Positions 25,538-37,800 of a DNA stretch of 64,000 nucleotides are shown here, piece after piece. The notes under the pieces are model-generated. The model saw only the letters and a program-made list of their open reading frames with translations, did no database searches and had not been told where the DNA came from. The position numbers and the translations under genes were made by a program. The DNA comes from Bigelowiella natans CCMP2755 (Eukaryota > Protista > Cercozoa). Position 1 is the stretch's first letter, and every line of letters starts with the position of its first letter. The stretch spans positions 62,001 through 126,000 of the forward strand of contig ADNK01003276.1 of NCBI GenBank assembly GCA_000320545.1, given 5' to 3'.

Positions 25538-28500
25538 TCACTGTAATGAATACCCTCTGAATCCTTTAACAGAATTTGTGAACTGTCGTTCGGCAGATCT
25601 TAGCAAGTTAGCCACAGCTGTGCTGCAATTCGTATAGCGATATGACATGGCCTTGTTTCCACATCTTTCGCATTCTACAGTGTCCTGTCCCTCTAAAACC
25701 ATAATCTCGCCTCCGCAACCAAAGCAAGGGTAAAAGTCCGCTTTCGCATGATTTGATGTACTCCGCGAAGCTGCTATCTCATCTTCGCTGCTGCAATGGC
25801 GATTTTTGATACGACTGGCCCCTTGCTGCCGTGTCAGCGTACCGTCATTGTACGGGCTGTCGTCATTCTCGCTATAATTATCGAATCCAGCAATACTTCT
25901 GTCATCGTCCTGATGCATCGATGTGATCCTGTCCTCTTCTTCCTCTTCTGGATGCGAATAGGGCTGATACTGATTTCCTTCGTGACCATCATCCGCATCA
26001 TCCTCATCATCCTCCAGTTTGTTATCATCCTGTTGCTGAAAGCTAGCTAATAGTTGAGCAACTGCCATGACATTGAGGTCAGCTGCTTCACCGTTGACGC
26101 TGCTACGTTCCAATCCACGGTCAACTTGTCCGATGATGTTATTACTTCCTGCGTTCATTGGAGGAGTCATCAAGCCTTGTGAATGCATCGTCTTTGCTTT
26201 TACATTCCGACGTCTTTTCATTTTATGCTGCTGCTGCTGTGTATTTGGTGCTAAATCTTCTTTCGGCAATGATTTCCTGGCCAACTGTAGCTGATTTTTC
26301 GATTTCAGAGTAGCAGTAGGCTCATAAAGGTTCTTTTTCATGCCACTCTGAGGAGGATTGGAAACTTTGGAGTAATCAACGAGCCCTTTCGGTACTTTAT
26401 TTTGAGGCTGTTGCGTTTTAACATGGTTTCGAGGCATAGCTCTCGTGGATTCAGCAGCAGCAGCAGCCAATGTATCATCTTCTTTTGTGTTGCTTACGGT
26501 GGCAGCATCGTCTTTGTGTTTCTGGTGTGACTTCTGAAACTTGCGATCTAGTTCAGCAGGGGGAGTGCTAAGGGCAGCAACTTTAGTAATAGCAGTCTTT
26601 TTTGTTTGACCTACTACCGAGGTGTTGCTATTATTATGATGAGATTTAGGACTCTGTTTAGCTTTCCTACTTGGCATCTCCTTTCTGGTCCACAAGACGG
26701 GTTCTGCACGTTTTCTTCTAATATGACGCCATACCATCATGTCGTTAGTTGATACTTGGCGGTCCAGAGCCCAGATTCCATCGATCGTATATTGTTTTCC
26801 TACATGCATGAACGCATATTTCGTTCCATTACGAAAGAGCACTTGCTTGCCAGTGACACATGGGTCTGTTCTAATCCCCTGATATGAACTTTCCCATTTT
26901 CCTTGGAGGTGATTAGTTAGATGTGGCTCCTCGCAATCGCTGCTCGAAGCAGAGACTGCAGGGGTCTCTGTACTAGTATCTGATGCCTCTGCTGCGTTTG
27001 TACTCGAATCCTTCGCGCTATTTTTTTCGTTTTTGATAGTGGCCCGTACGCTATTATCAACATTGCCTGGTGAAGTGGTCATCCTTTTGTTGCGAGGACG
27101 AAGATTTATCGGCTTCCTCGGCTCTTCTTCAATTGATCTACCTCTTTTCCTGCGAGTTACAGGTGAAACAGTAGTATTACTGCTGTTTTTGGTAGTATGC
27201 GAATTGGTGTCTGTAACGGATCTTCTCTTCTTCGACTGTGTAGGTATTGCTTTGGCAGATTCGCTTAAATCATCATCTTTAATATGTAGCGAATTTCGTT
27301 TTCTCCTTTTATTCTTCTTTTCTGCTGTAATCTTAGTAACCCCACGCCGTGATTGCGAATCTCCATGAGTCGCATCTTCTTTGTCACCTTCTCCTTCCTT
27401 CTCCTTATCCGATTTATTCTTTGAAGACTCTTTTGCATCCTTTGCATTGGTATCTTTTTCGCATGCAGAAGGTAGCGTAAGCTTATGACTTATCGGTGAC
27501 AAATCCAATGGTTTCTTTACTCCATTCCTTGCTATTGCGGTATCCTTCCCTTCCTCTTCAATGCTCATCGAATTTATAGAGTCGACCTTTTCTGTCACCT
27601 TCTTAGTTGACTTACAATCAGATGACATTACCTGTGATGATAACGGTGATTGCGCACAATTCTGAATTGTGACATCATTTTCTTTTTTAACAGTTTTTGA
27701 GTGATTTTGCGACGGTGCTATAGCTTGAGATTCAGAACTTTTACTCACTGATTTTTTTATCAAAGTTGTGTCATCCATTTTTTCCTGCATAGAGACAGCT
27801 TCTTCCAGCCTTTTCCTTAGAGCTACTTGGATATTTTCTAGACTCACATGTGGACCAGCGTACCAGCGGTGCCAACGACTTCCAGATTTATCTGCTTCTG
27901 TCACCACAAGTTGAAGTCGTTCAAATGCTGTCGCATAACCACCAGTGCCTTGATGTGATTCAGGCATCCTGAATCGAGGTGGTACAAGTAGTCGCCTAAA
28001 TTTGGTTGGAGATGCACTCATCAACCAGATCAGAGCAGAAGATGGCTCTAAGAAATGATCTTGATATTCTCCAAGACGATCATAAAGTTCTTTTGTGCTA
28101 AGGCTACTTTTCCCACTCTTTTTAGTCGCCTCTTTTTTTGCAGGCTTAGCCTTCTCGGTAACATTCCGAGATGGTGGATGGCTAGAGCGAGATTCCCTCC
28201 TCCTTTGACTGACAAAATTCCTAGTATGTTTTGGAAGTTGCTGCTGCTGCTGCTGCTGCTGCTTCAGCTTCTGAGGCTGTGGTACCTTTTCATTCTTGGG
28301 TCTGCCGACGGTTCTAGGAGAGGAGGCTACTCGTTTTGTTTCTGAACCTGTACCAGTTGAGGCTACACGATGATGCCGTTTCCGTCCTCTATCGTCAACA
28401 GGTTTGGTGGAACGTCTATTGCCCTTACCTTGGCTAGTGTCAGCTGGGGAAGGTAGCCATGAAAATTCCTTATTGCGCGCGATAGGCTCTGACGGCCGTT

Positions 28501-30253
28501 TGCCAAGGCTGGTGTTGTATGCTCTCCATTCATGCGAAGTAACCTGACGCCCACGATGAAGCTTTTGAAACATATTCCAGGACACGTACTTCCGCAGGCC
28601 GGGCCCAAGAGTTGGGGAATGTTGCCTGCGCTTTGAACTCCTGTTTACCATCTTCGTATCTACGATTATGGTTTTTTTAGATTTCTTTTTCAAGGCACCA
28701 ACGCGATGCTGGCCAGCTGATTTTGCTGGCCACCGCAAGTGCCTTCGTTTGGCACAAACAGCACGCCAAGCCATGTTGGATGAGTTGAAAGTGCCAAGAG
28801 ATACTCGTATTCCGCGATACCCAGTCTCGGCCTTCCATATTTGCCCCCGAGCAGACCAGCTTACCCCAGGAAAAGCACATCGCTGATCTGAGTATCTATT
28901 CTCCTGAGGTGGTTCAACATTGCCCTCAGGTAACGGTCGCGGTGGCGGGCCTATTATTCGCCATTTGGAAGCCTCTCTGAAGGTATATACCGCACGCCAT
29001 GCCTCCTGCTCAGAGTCGAAGAAGCCAATGTGTCGGTGTTCACATCCTTCAAACGTACTCGCACGCCATGCGTGTTGATGTTTTGACCAATTAACACCAG
29101 GGTAAAGACTTAACTTTTGCTTCAGCACAGCTGCATTTTTCATCACATTTCGTTCCTCTAAATACTTGTTCTGTTGCTTGTTTTGTGACTTATTCTGTGA
29201 AATAGTCTTGAGACCTAATACTGTATCCAAGCCTTCTTCATAAGGGGCTAGGGTCTCTATGCAGGGCTCCTTATTTAATGTACGAGCCAGGAAGATTGGT
29301 GTGGGAGAGCGGGTAGTACCCCTACGCGGTCGTCTTAAGGGTGCTTGCGCTGCTTGCCATTGACGGACATGCATCCGAACTACTGTTTGGTCCAATGCAG
29401 CTAGGCGTTCCTTGATTGTTTTTGTCGTAGCCACATGTCGCTTCTTAGGAAATGTTCCACTTCTTGCAACATCTCCTGGTTTGGACTCTCTGTGGGAAGT
29501 GCTCTTAGATGAGTCCTCATTATCAGCTCCACAACCCTCAGGTTCTTGTTTATTGGAAAAAAGAAGTCGCTGTGTATCCTCCCCCTCTTCGTCAGATAGG
29601 AATCGTATATTTGAACGATTAAGAATCAATTCAACAACCTTCTCATCAATTGTGTTGCGCTCGCGCTCTTCCTTCAAAAACTCTTTTTCGATAACGCCAA
29701 ACAATTTAATTTGATGCTTACTTTGGGAATCATTAAAGTCGAGAACTTTGCAAAAAACCCAACTTTTGCCTGGTATGAACTTTGAGGTATCGATGACGCT
29801 GTTGCTGCTGCTGCTGCTGCTGCTGCTACTATTGCTGCTGCTACTGGTGCAGTCTGGGCTGATACTATATTCAAGCTCGCGAAAAACTCCAAAATCAGGG
29901 GCTAGCAAGTATGCCCACTTTCCATTTATCTCCGAACCATATTTGTGAACCTTATCGTGTATTACTTCAGATTCTTCACAGTTCGAAACCTTCCGTAGTG
30001 GCTAAAATTTTTATCCATGATTTCAAAATTTAGTAACAATACAGTGGTAAAAAATATATATATATTCTTTTTATTGAAATCTTCCCCGACATTCTTGCCA
30101 TATGCGCTTTGAGTACCGTGCAATGGTAATAGGTATAGTGGGGTTGTAAAAAACTAGGTAGAAGTTATGCTATATGCTATATATGTCACATATATACTAA
30201 TTATGTAAATTATGGCGTTACATATTTTGAAATTATGTGGATGCGTGCGTGCA

Positions 30254-30285
<32 letters not shown>

Positions 30286-31227
30286 TGTGTGTGAACCTTG
30301 GTTGAATGATCTCCCTTTTCTACAATTCCACTTTCTTTTAACGTATTATGTAATTTTGTAATTGCTGCTCGAACAACCTAATAATATGATAGGAATGAAA
30401 TCTGACCATTAGCAGATTTAGATTAAAAGCTTACTCCTGAAGAATGAGATAGCAAAAATTCGGTTCTTTCACAGATGTCTTTTTTCAAGTCTAGATCTTG
30501 ACATATATGGAATCCTGAAACTGCCCTGAGGAGGAAATTTGCCAACCGAATGGTAGTTCGCTTTTCCTGAAAATAAAATTAATGCGTTAATGACTTATTA
30601 CAGCTGTTTGATTTCTCTGGCCTTTCTCTACCTTATTCGAATTTAGAAATTTGAGTAAAGGATCTAAGCCCCCGAGGTAGATGAAATAGTCTGAAAAAGA
30701 GAAGTTAAGCCTGCTTCGTAGTCAAAACCTACGGAGGAGATCACCTATAAAGCGTTCGTCAGAGTTGCACAATACTCCCAAGGCTTCTTTCCAAGATGAT
30801 GATTTTTGTGATAGTCTTTTTAGGTCTGCCACAAAAATTTTGGTCTCCGGGATACTCGACATGGAGTACTTGTCCGTTCCAGAGTCAGACTTCTGTAAAT
30901 AATTACTCAGCTGTTTCTGCGTTAGATAACCAAAAAAAAAGAATGCATACCCTGGTACTCTCTTCAGAGGAATCATCTTCTACGTCGTTCTCTTTTTTAT
31001 CCTCGTCATGATCGTCTGCGTTTTGCACGTTAAGAGATTGCGAAGATACTCCATGTTCAAATTGTACTCTCTCCGAAGAACCCTAAGAATGGTCATGTTG
31101 TAAAATAAAATTATCACAGATTAGAGAGATTAGAAGGATTCATTACATTCTCTGTTGCGTCCATCTTAACCTTAGAAGACATCATATCCCCGTTGGCAGT
31201 AACAGGAGGTATGCTGACTTTAGCCAT
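25538..31227 (-). CDS. ~1700-aa nuclear protein: TFIIS N-terminal-like domain, Tudor-like domain, two AP2 DNA-binding domains, C-terminal C4 zinc ribbon
   Basis: Terminal exon 30001-25538 (4.46 kb) contains AP2 motifs YPGVNWSK...HIGFFDSEQEAWRA (~29104-28990) and FPGVSWS...SLGTFNSSNMAWRA (~28873-28760), a Tudor-like GKWAYL...WVFCKVLDFNDSQSKHQI...ELILNRSNIRF, and CFGC-x13-CERC. Six short upstream exons splice in frame from MAKVSIPP (31227) and give HYFIYLGGLDPLLKFL...LLSH...AAITKL. Start codon inferred. Confidence 0.8.
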
Positions 31228-32362
31228 TATATTCCACCGCTTTCTTCGAGATCTAGCCCCCACCCTCCGAATTGAGGATTCGGGGATTCGGGGATACACT
31301 AAGTTGTGAAAGAAGACCAAAACAAGATTAAGGCTTTTGTTGCTTACAGAACCCTTCTATCTAAGGAAAATCTTCATATAATATCCTGTAGTATCTTCAC
31401 AGAGCACCCTTTATGGATTCCCCCGTCCCTTCCTTAACCCGCCGCAATAATCCTTCATCGAAAAACATAGAAAATATGTTTTTCTAGGTTTCTTAAAAGA
31501 AGGAGGATCATCCGTTATACTCCAATTCAAGGTCTTTCCTCCCCTCTCATAGTTACACATCTAGAAGGTCAAGGTTGGAGTTTTCGGGCGCAAAACATTA
31601 GAATGCAGCTAGCCAAAAGGATGAAGTTTCCATCCCTTTGAAAGTGATGCACGAAACCCAGGGCCACTGCCTTCTCGATAGACATAGTCTCCCAAGCATA
31701 GAATTTTTTTGATGGCACAAAACTTCACTTTGAAGTGGAAATTCCGATGGAAATTCGAATAGAGAAAGAAAGAGAAAACATTTGGGGGGAATGCATACGG
31801 TCGAGCGAGGCCGTCCGAATGTACAGGGATGGGGTGGTTCAGATATGAGAGAGCAATACCGAGAAATTACGATGAATTTTCTCCCCTAACTCATTGGTGA
31901 TATGGCTCAAAATGTGCGACTTAATGGAGAGATGCCCTTAATATACCCAAAGGGCACTTTCTGATCCATCTCAGTCTAAGTCTGAAAATGAGTGATAGTT
32001 GATGTGAAGCCTCTCGGTGAGGACAACAGCAATAGCCGACAAAATGAGACAAAATACGCCAAATCGCAGGCAGTAATGATTAGCACCGGGTACTACCGGT
32101 GCGTCCGAGGAGGCAGAATTTCGATGGGAAGCTCGCCCCCTGCCTGGCGAGGCTGGGATTGCCTTACAAGGTAGCGCATTGAGGTGGCGTATGAAATCTC
32201 GCTGTTAAAGGGACTAGGGTGTTTAGTGAATTCCACAAGCAACGAGTCGGGGCCATCCAGGCGGCAACGAAGCTGTAGCGGGGAACCTGCCTTGCAACGA
32301 GATCTGCGAATACGACAATCAATTGAGCGTACTTCAGCAACTGCGTGCCAACTGCAGCAAAA

Positions 32363-33072
32363 ATGCTGACTCCGTTTGGATTTCCAAAGATGTGGTCGTC
32401 GTCCTTCGATGAAATAAAAGCAACAGCATCAGATATGGTAGGTCTTCGTGCAAATACAACTTTGTCATTCCACAGTGGCGTTCCCTTCTACATTCACATT
32501 GCACATTGGGGTAAATTTTCTGATAGGATAATACAGCGCAAATTATTTTCATGCATACCGTGTAATTTTTAGAATGGAATTACCGTCGATCGTAGAAATA
32601 ATTTTCCTATCACTTAAAATACTTTCGTTGAAATTAGAAGCAAAAACCCAATGCAACCAGTACTACTACACGAAGGAGGGGAGGGGGAGCATGGAACTCG
32701 CTGCACTACCTTCTGGATCACGCTAGATCAGACATTAAAAACGGTGTTTATTGCGACTTACTTTAAGGCATAGAACAAGTGTTTCTTCAAGCTCTAGCAT
32801 GCTTATGTTTTCCGATTTTATGTGGCTTGCTTGCAATCAATATCATTACAATCTTGTTTGTGATATCGTTGCAGGTGTACCTGGACTAAATCCATATGTC
32901 CGCGAGGTACAAAAAGAAACAGTAGCATTTTTATGCGGCATGATACATTCAACTGTTTCGCTTTTCTTGCATCGACGACTGTAACAATCGTAACATGATA
33001 ACGGCCCAACCGCGGCAATATTATTGTTTGGTGTACATCATCAATATCAGATTATATATTTAGGTTGCGCGT

Positions 33073-33140
<68 letters not shown>

Positions 33141-35021
33141 ACAACTATAAACGAGAAGCCAAAAAATATTAAGGAAGTTAGATCAGACACTATGCGTTTT
33201 CCAAAGTTGTAAGAATAGGCCTACTGATTAACCCTTTTTCCTCTCTCCTCTATTCTCTCTTCTCTTCAGTTTGCCACAGCTTCATGGTGCGAGCGGCTGC
33301 ACGAGAAGGAGTTTTATAATCTTGTCTCCGCAAAAAGATTGAAGAAAGAAATCATAGAGGTGTTGTCATGGTAGAGATTGTGTTAGGCTTCTCTTCACCA
33401 TGAACTTTCAAAAGAATTCGCTAATACTATGTTACTTGTTGTCTACATTTTCACATATTTTATTTGTATTGAACTTCTTTACTACCTCCATCTATTGCCT
33501 CCAGGCTTACGGGGCTATACAATTGATTCGACGGTCGCTACGCAGATCAATTGGTAAGCATCACAACACCGCAATTATGTCATCGCCTCAATCATTTCTG
33601 CTGTATTAATCGTGTATTATTTGTGACTATCATGAACATTTCAAATAAACATCATCTATCGCAGGAGTACAAACCGATGACGAGGATGATGGGGAAGGAC
33701 TTCTATTTTTGGATTTATGTTCAGGAAAGGTATACGCCGCTTGCAAGTATATGCTGGCTGCTTTCCCCTTGTGGAAAAAACTAGAAAGTTAGACGAGCGG
33801 ATTATGAATCATAATATCTCATGTTTTTTTAACTGATACTGGTCTGTCTGTTCCTCTGCTACTCGCTCAGGGTTGTTTAGCTACACTATTGAGTTTTGTG
33901 TTCCCCAAAGCGACGGTATCGTAGAAATTCTATATGTCGTTGAATTAATAACAGTGAAAGTCGCGCGCTTTTATGCTTCCTGTCTTCGCATTTCAAAATT
34001 TGTTACATAGACAAGTGAAGTGTTACGGTATACCTGTACGTCAGACGTTGCTGTATCCACAATAAAAAATCTCTAAATGTCAAAAATGTAACCGTATTTA
34101 TCTTGCTTAGTTCGTCTCGTCTCCTTGCGTGACAAACCAACGTTTTGTCTCTCCCCCGCCTTCTCAGATAATTATGGTCGACAACGACACGAGAATGAAG
34201 CTTCCCCACGTCAAAGCAAGGCCTAATATCAAGTACCATTACGCAGATATACGCTCGAAGTTCTTCATGTCATGGGCTCGAGACACAGTCATGGAACACG
34301 TGCAAAGTGGATATGCATGCGATGAGCATGAGAGTAAAGATGGAGGGTCAGGACTCCCTCATGAAGTCAAGAGTAATTTTGAGAAAAAGGAGGATGTCGG
34401 TGTTGATGGCCAAATGCAACATGCTTCAACTGGAATTTTTTGCGGAGCTTGTGACGACGAGGAAAACGAAGGACATTCCAAGAACCAGCAGCATAGGGAA
34501 AACAATGACGATGGAAGCAGCGGTGTAAAGGCGGCGGATAGAAGTTGCAAGAAACGAGAAAATAGTCAACAGCGGCGGCGGCTTGTACTTCTAATTGGAA
34601 TTCATCTCTGTGGGACTCTGAGCTCGATTGCAATTCAAATGTTCAACAAAATACCGCAAATTTGCAGTCTCATCCTAGCACCTTGCTGTAACCCTAAAAG
34701 GCGTTCAAATGAGAGCCGAAAGCTCATGGCTCTAGCAAGCAGGATTCGAAGGATGGTAAGAATAATGACACAATACTCTTACTTCATTCACTCTTTGAAC
34801 AATGTCTTTCTTTCTCTCAGCCGTATGAACTTTGGTGCTGGATGCTATTCTATGAAATCAAAAGAAGTGGAGACGTTAGAGTGGACTTACTGCGAGACCA
34901 TCACTTGATACCAGGCAAGAAAAACAATCAAGAACATGCAAAGAATGTCTTCATATGGGCTCTTCGCAAGATCTCACAAAACTGCTTAACCACTACTGAT
35001 GTCAAGTACAATGAACAATGA
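32363..35021 (+). CDS. Class I SAM-dependent methyltransferase (Methyltransf_32/METTL25-like), multi-exon; 5' end uncertain
   Basis: KKEIIE|AYGA, motif I FLDLCSGK|GCLATLLS, IIMVD, LIGIHLCGTLS, LAPCC, and KNVFIWA, with stop TGA at 35019-35021. Confidence 0.78.
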
Positions 35022-35039
35022 AATAGACTCAGATTCAGG

Positions 35040-36420
35040 TCTAGGGCAAGGCAACATCTTGCTGACAAAGCCGAACAGCACACCAACACTCTCAGTCTAG
35101 ACCTAAAGACGAGCGCATGCTAGCATGCGTCGATCAGACGCACCGCACTCTGGCTAGCTGGACGCTACGCACTTGCTCTGCTAGCGCTTGCCAACTCGCA
35201 TCGCGCACATGCAAGTATGCAAATCTGTGCATACCTGTATCCATATCTAGATCACATAGCAAGCTAGCTAGCTAGCTAGTCTTGTCCATGCCATGCCATC
35301 ACAGCTATGCTTGCATTGTCTAGTTGTGTAGCTAGATCGAGATGCATGCTTGAACATGCATGCAATGAGGCTAGCTAGATGCAACGTCGATCTGCATTCT
35401 GTCATTCGATCTAGCTAGCTTAGCTAGACTAGTAGACGACAGCTCGCAGCTCTGACGTGCATACGTGCATGAATAGTGTATTGCTGTGTCTATTATGTGC
35501 TAGCGTGGCACATGTGGGCATGCATGTCTAGAGTTGATGACGGATCAGCAGGCCCCATTTTTGCAGATAACGACTTTCCATGAAAAATCCAGCGCGTTCA
35601 ATTTCAACTCTTTTTTCATGCGGACTTCGGCATTCGCTTGCTCTGCACCTGCTGATTGTCCATCTTTGTGGGACAACACAGGCTTTGAAAATTGAAAGAG
35701 CCAAGACAAATTGAATTTTCATGAAAGTGTGGCGGGAACTCTCGTTTCTTGTGATGCAGCAATGCTTGCACAAGTCCCCCAAAACTTCACACTGCGCAGG
35801 CGCAGGAGAAGCGAATGTCGAAGTCCGCGTGAAAAAAAAATGAAAATTCGTGGTGCTGGCACATTGCAAAGTCGCTGTTGCTCAGGATCAGAGGGAATGG
35901 GGGCTGCTGATCCGTCATCAACTATAATAGACACAGCAATGCACAATATATATTATATATATAGTGTATTGCATGTCTATCATAACTCCTAGATGTGTGG
36001 CATGACTAGATGATTCAGCTAGCCATTAGCGCTAGCACAGTGATCGATGTGCGATGCACAATGATGCTAGAATGAGACTAGCGCAGATCAAGAGAAGTGT
36101 CCCATTGTTAGATGTGTGAATTTGACATGCGGCGGACATTCATTTTATTAGCGCGTTGGACGCTGAGTAGCTGCTGCTGTGGCGCACTGCAGCTAGCTAG
36201 CTAGCGCATTTGCCAGCATGTCTAGATGTTCTCAGATTTGTGCATGCACGCATTTGGCTTCATTCTCGCTTCTTTTCTAGTTCTACACAATGCAACTCTG
36301 GAACTAGCTAGCTAGCTACCTAGCTAGCCAGGCGCACGCGTCTAATTAGCTTAGTTGGCAGGGCGAAGCTAGAGCAAGCATGTCAAGCTAGTTTCCACCA
36401 TGCGAATAATGTGCGCGCAT
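35040..36420. other. TpA-depleted, CTAG-rich island between convergent 3' ends, containing a MITE-like element
   Basis: Dozens of CTAG and (GCTA)n runs. Many of the surviving non-CTAG TAs are NTAG or CTAN. Confidence 0.85.
35476..35944. mobile_element. Non-autonomous inverted-repeat (MITE-like) element, possibly two nested elements
   Basis: Inner imperfect TIRs of ~120-130 bp start with the perfect pair AGTTGATGACGGATCAGCAG (35532-35551) / CTGCTGATCCGTCATCAACT (35904-35923). TA flanks lie at 35529-30 and 35925-26. An outer 21-bp IR pairs GTGTATTGCTGTGTCTATTAT (35476-35496) with ATAATAGACACAGCAATGCAC (35924-35944). No transposase. Confidence 0.8.
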
Positions 36421-36816
36421 AATAAATGCCATCGATTTACATGATGTTATGAAGATATTTGAAATCATCTTGTTGGTGGTTACTTACATTTGAAATCAAT
36501 TTAAGTACGGAGTGCTACAGAAACCGACATTACTGAACTTCACGTCGTCTTAACTTTCCGAAGATATTTGAATCAATTTTACTTCGCCACAGTAAATCAT
36601 TTATGAGATAATCATTATGGATGAAATGCTACTGAACTTCGCATTTCGCCTCTAATTCTTATGTATGTATTATATATGTATTTAGATGTATAATTCTCTA
36701 GCCCTACTTCAACTTCAGGTTTTGAGTATGTCAGATATTGTTTGAAAAAGGAAAAAGGGGTTAGGCTCACGCCTGAGGTTCAACGCCCTGATGAGTGCAT
36801 CAAGAGCAACAATTGT

Positions 36817-37800
36817 TCAGCATAGAATGGAATCCATTCCAAAAACGGTTGATTCGTCCCGCTGTAGGCCCTCCATCCAGGAAAAGCCATCAATAGGGAA
36901 AATATCATTAAGTTCTCCAACATCTTGAACTTGAAAAAGATTATCAGTACTCAATTCTGAGTCTGAAGCTGTATCTGAGTGACTCTCAGTGAAATCTTGA
37001 GATACAGGTTCCATAAATGCCCTTTCATTGAATAGAAATTCATCGTTAGAAGTTTCTTTCAACGGATAGGGTGAAGATTCCTTCACTTGGTGCCCGTCAC
37101 TTCTAATCCCGAGTGTAGGCATCGTGGGGGTACCATCAAAGAGATTAGAATCTGGTTCCCCAAAAGGGAAGTTCTTCGGAGTGGAAAGCCCAGTTTGTGA
37201 AGTCAAAACATCCTCAGAACTCGAAAGCTTCTGAAGCGGAGGCGAGGGCTCGAATATTGATAAATCAATCCCCGAAAACTCAGCTGGTTGTATAGGAGCT
37301 CGTTCCATGATCTGATGGATACCTAGATCCTGATCTGTTGTGATCTTATGCATGACACCTTGATCTTGATCTGTTGTATCCAACTTCAACGGAGTAAGAT
37401 TCGTAGAAGATTTGAATTTCTTTGCCCGTAAGGGTGGAGTTTGACTCTCTTTAGCATCATTGCTCTTCTTCGCCTTCCCAGATCTACGTCTCTTCCTCTT
37501 CTTGGGCTGAGACTTAATAAGGGCTCCACTTGCCTTAACCTCATTCTCAGTGACAATTTTGTTTAAATAATGATTACGCCTCCGACCAACTCGTCTAGGG
37601 AATGCATCAACGCACTCGGCACAATTCTTTTGCACGCATCTTGAACAAGGCCGTTGTTGATCACAACGGGCCTTCGCTTTCTTACAGTTTGTACATGCGG
37701 CCTTCACACGACGTTTAGTACCATGAAGATGGTTATCGTGCTGAGGCAGTATTTGAGGTAGCTGCAGGTTGGTCAAGGTGAGCATAAGGTTAGGTTTCAC
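36817..37800 (-). CDS. Zn(II)2Cys6 (Gal4-type binuclear cluster) transcription factor, single coding exon
   Basis: RRVKAACTNCKKAKARCDQQRPCSRCVQKNCAECVD followed by a basic linker and an acidic C-terminus. First in-frame ATG at 37785. Confidence 0.9.
   Translation of the reverse strand: MKPNLMLTLTNLQLPQILPQHDNHLHGTKRRVKAACTNCKKAKARCDQQRPCSRCVQKNCAECVDAFPRRVGRRRNHYLNKIVTENEVKASGALIKSQPKKRKRRRSGKAKKSNDAKESQTPPLRAKKFKSSTNLTPLKLDTTDQDQGVMHKITTDQDLGIHQIMERAPIQPAEFSGIDLSIFEPSPPLQKLSSSEDVLTSQTGLSTPKNFPFGEPDSNLFDGTPTMPTLGIRSDGHQVKESSPYPLKETSNDEFLFNERAFMEPVSQDFTESHSDTASDSELSTDNLFQVQDVGELNDIFPIDGFSWMEGLQRDESTVFGMDSILC

Noticed and set aside
30722-30976. HMG-box-like start PLKRVPGYAFFFFGY
   Set aside because: Artefact of reading through a 34-bp GT-AG intron (30950-30917). 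The spliced frame reads ...EESTR|KQLSNY.
31330-31800. BAH-like ILCLGDYVY upstream of the AP2 gene
   Set aside because: No continuous spliced frame could be built; probably 5' UTR or promoter.
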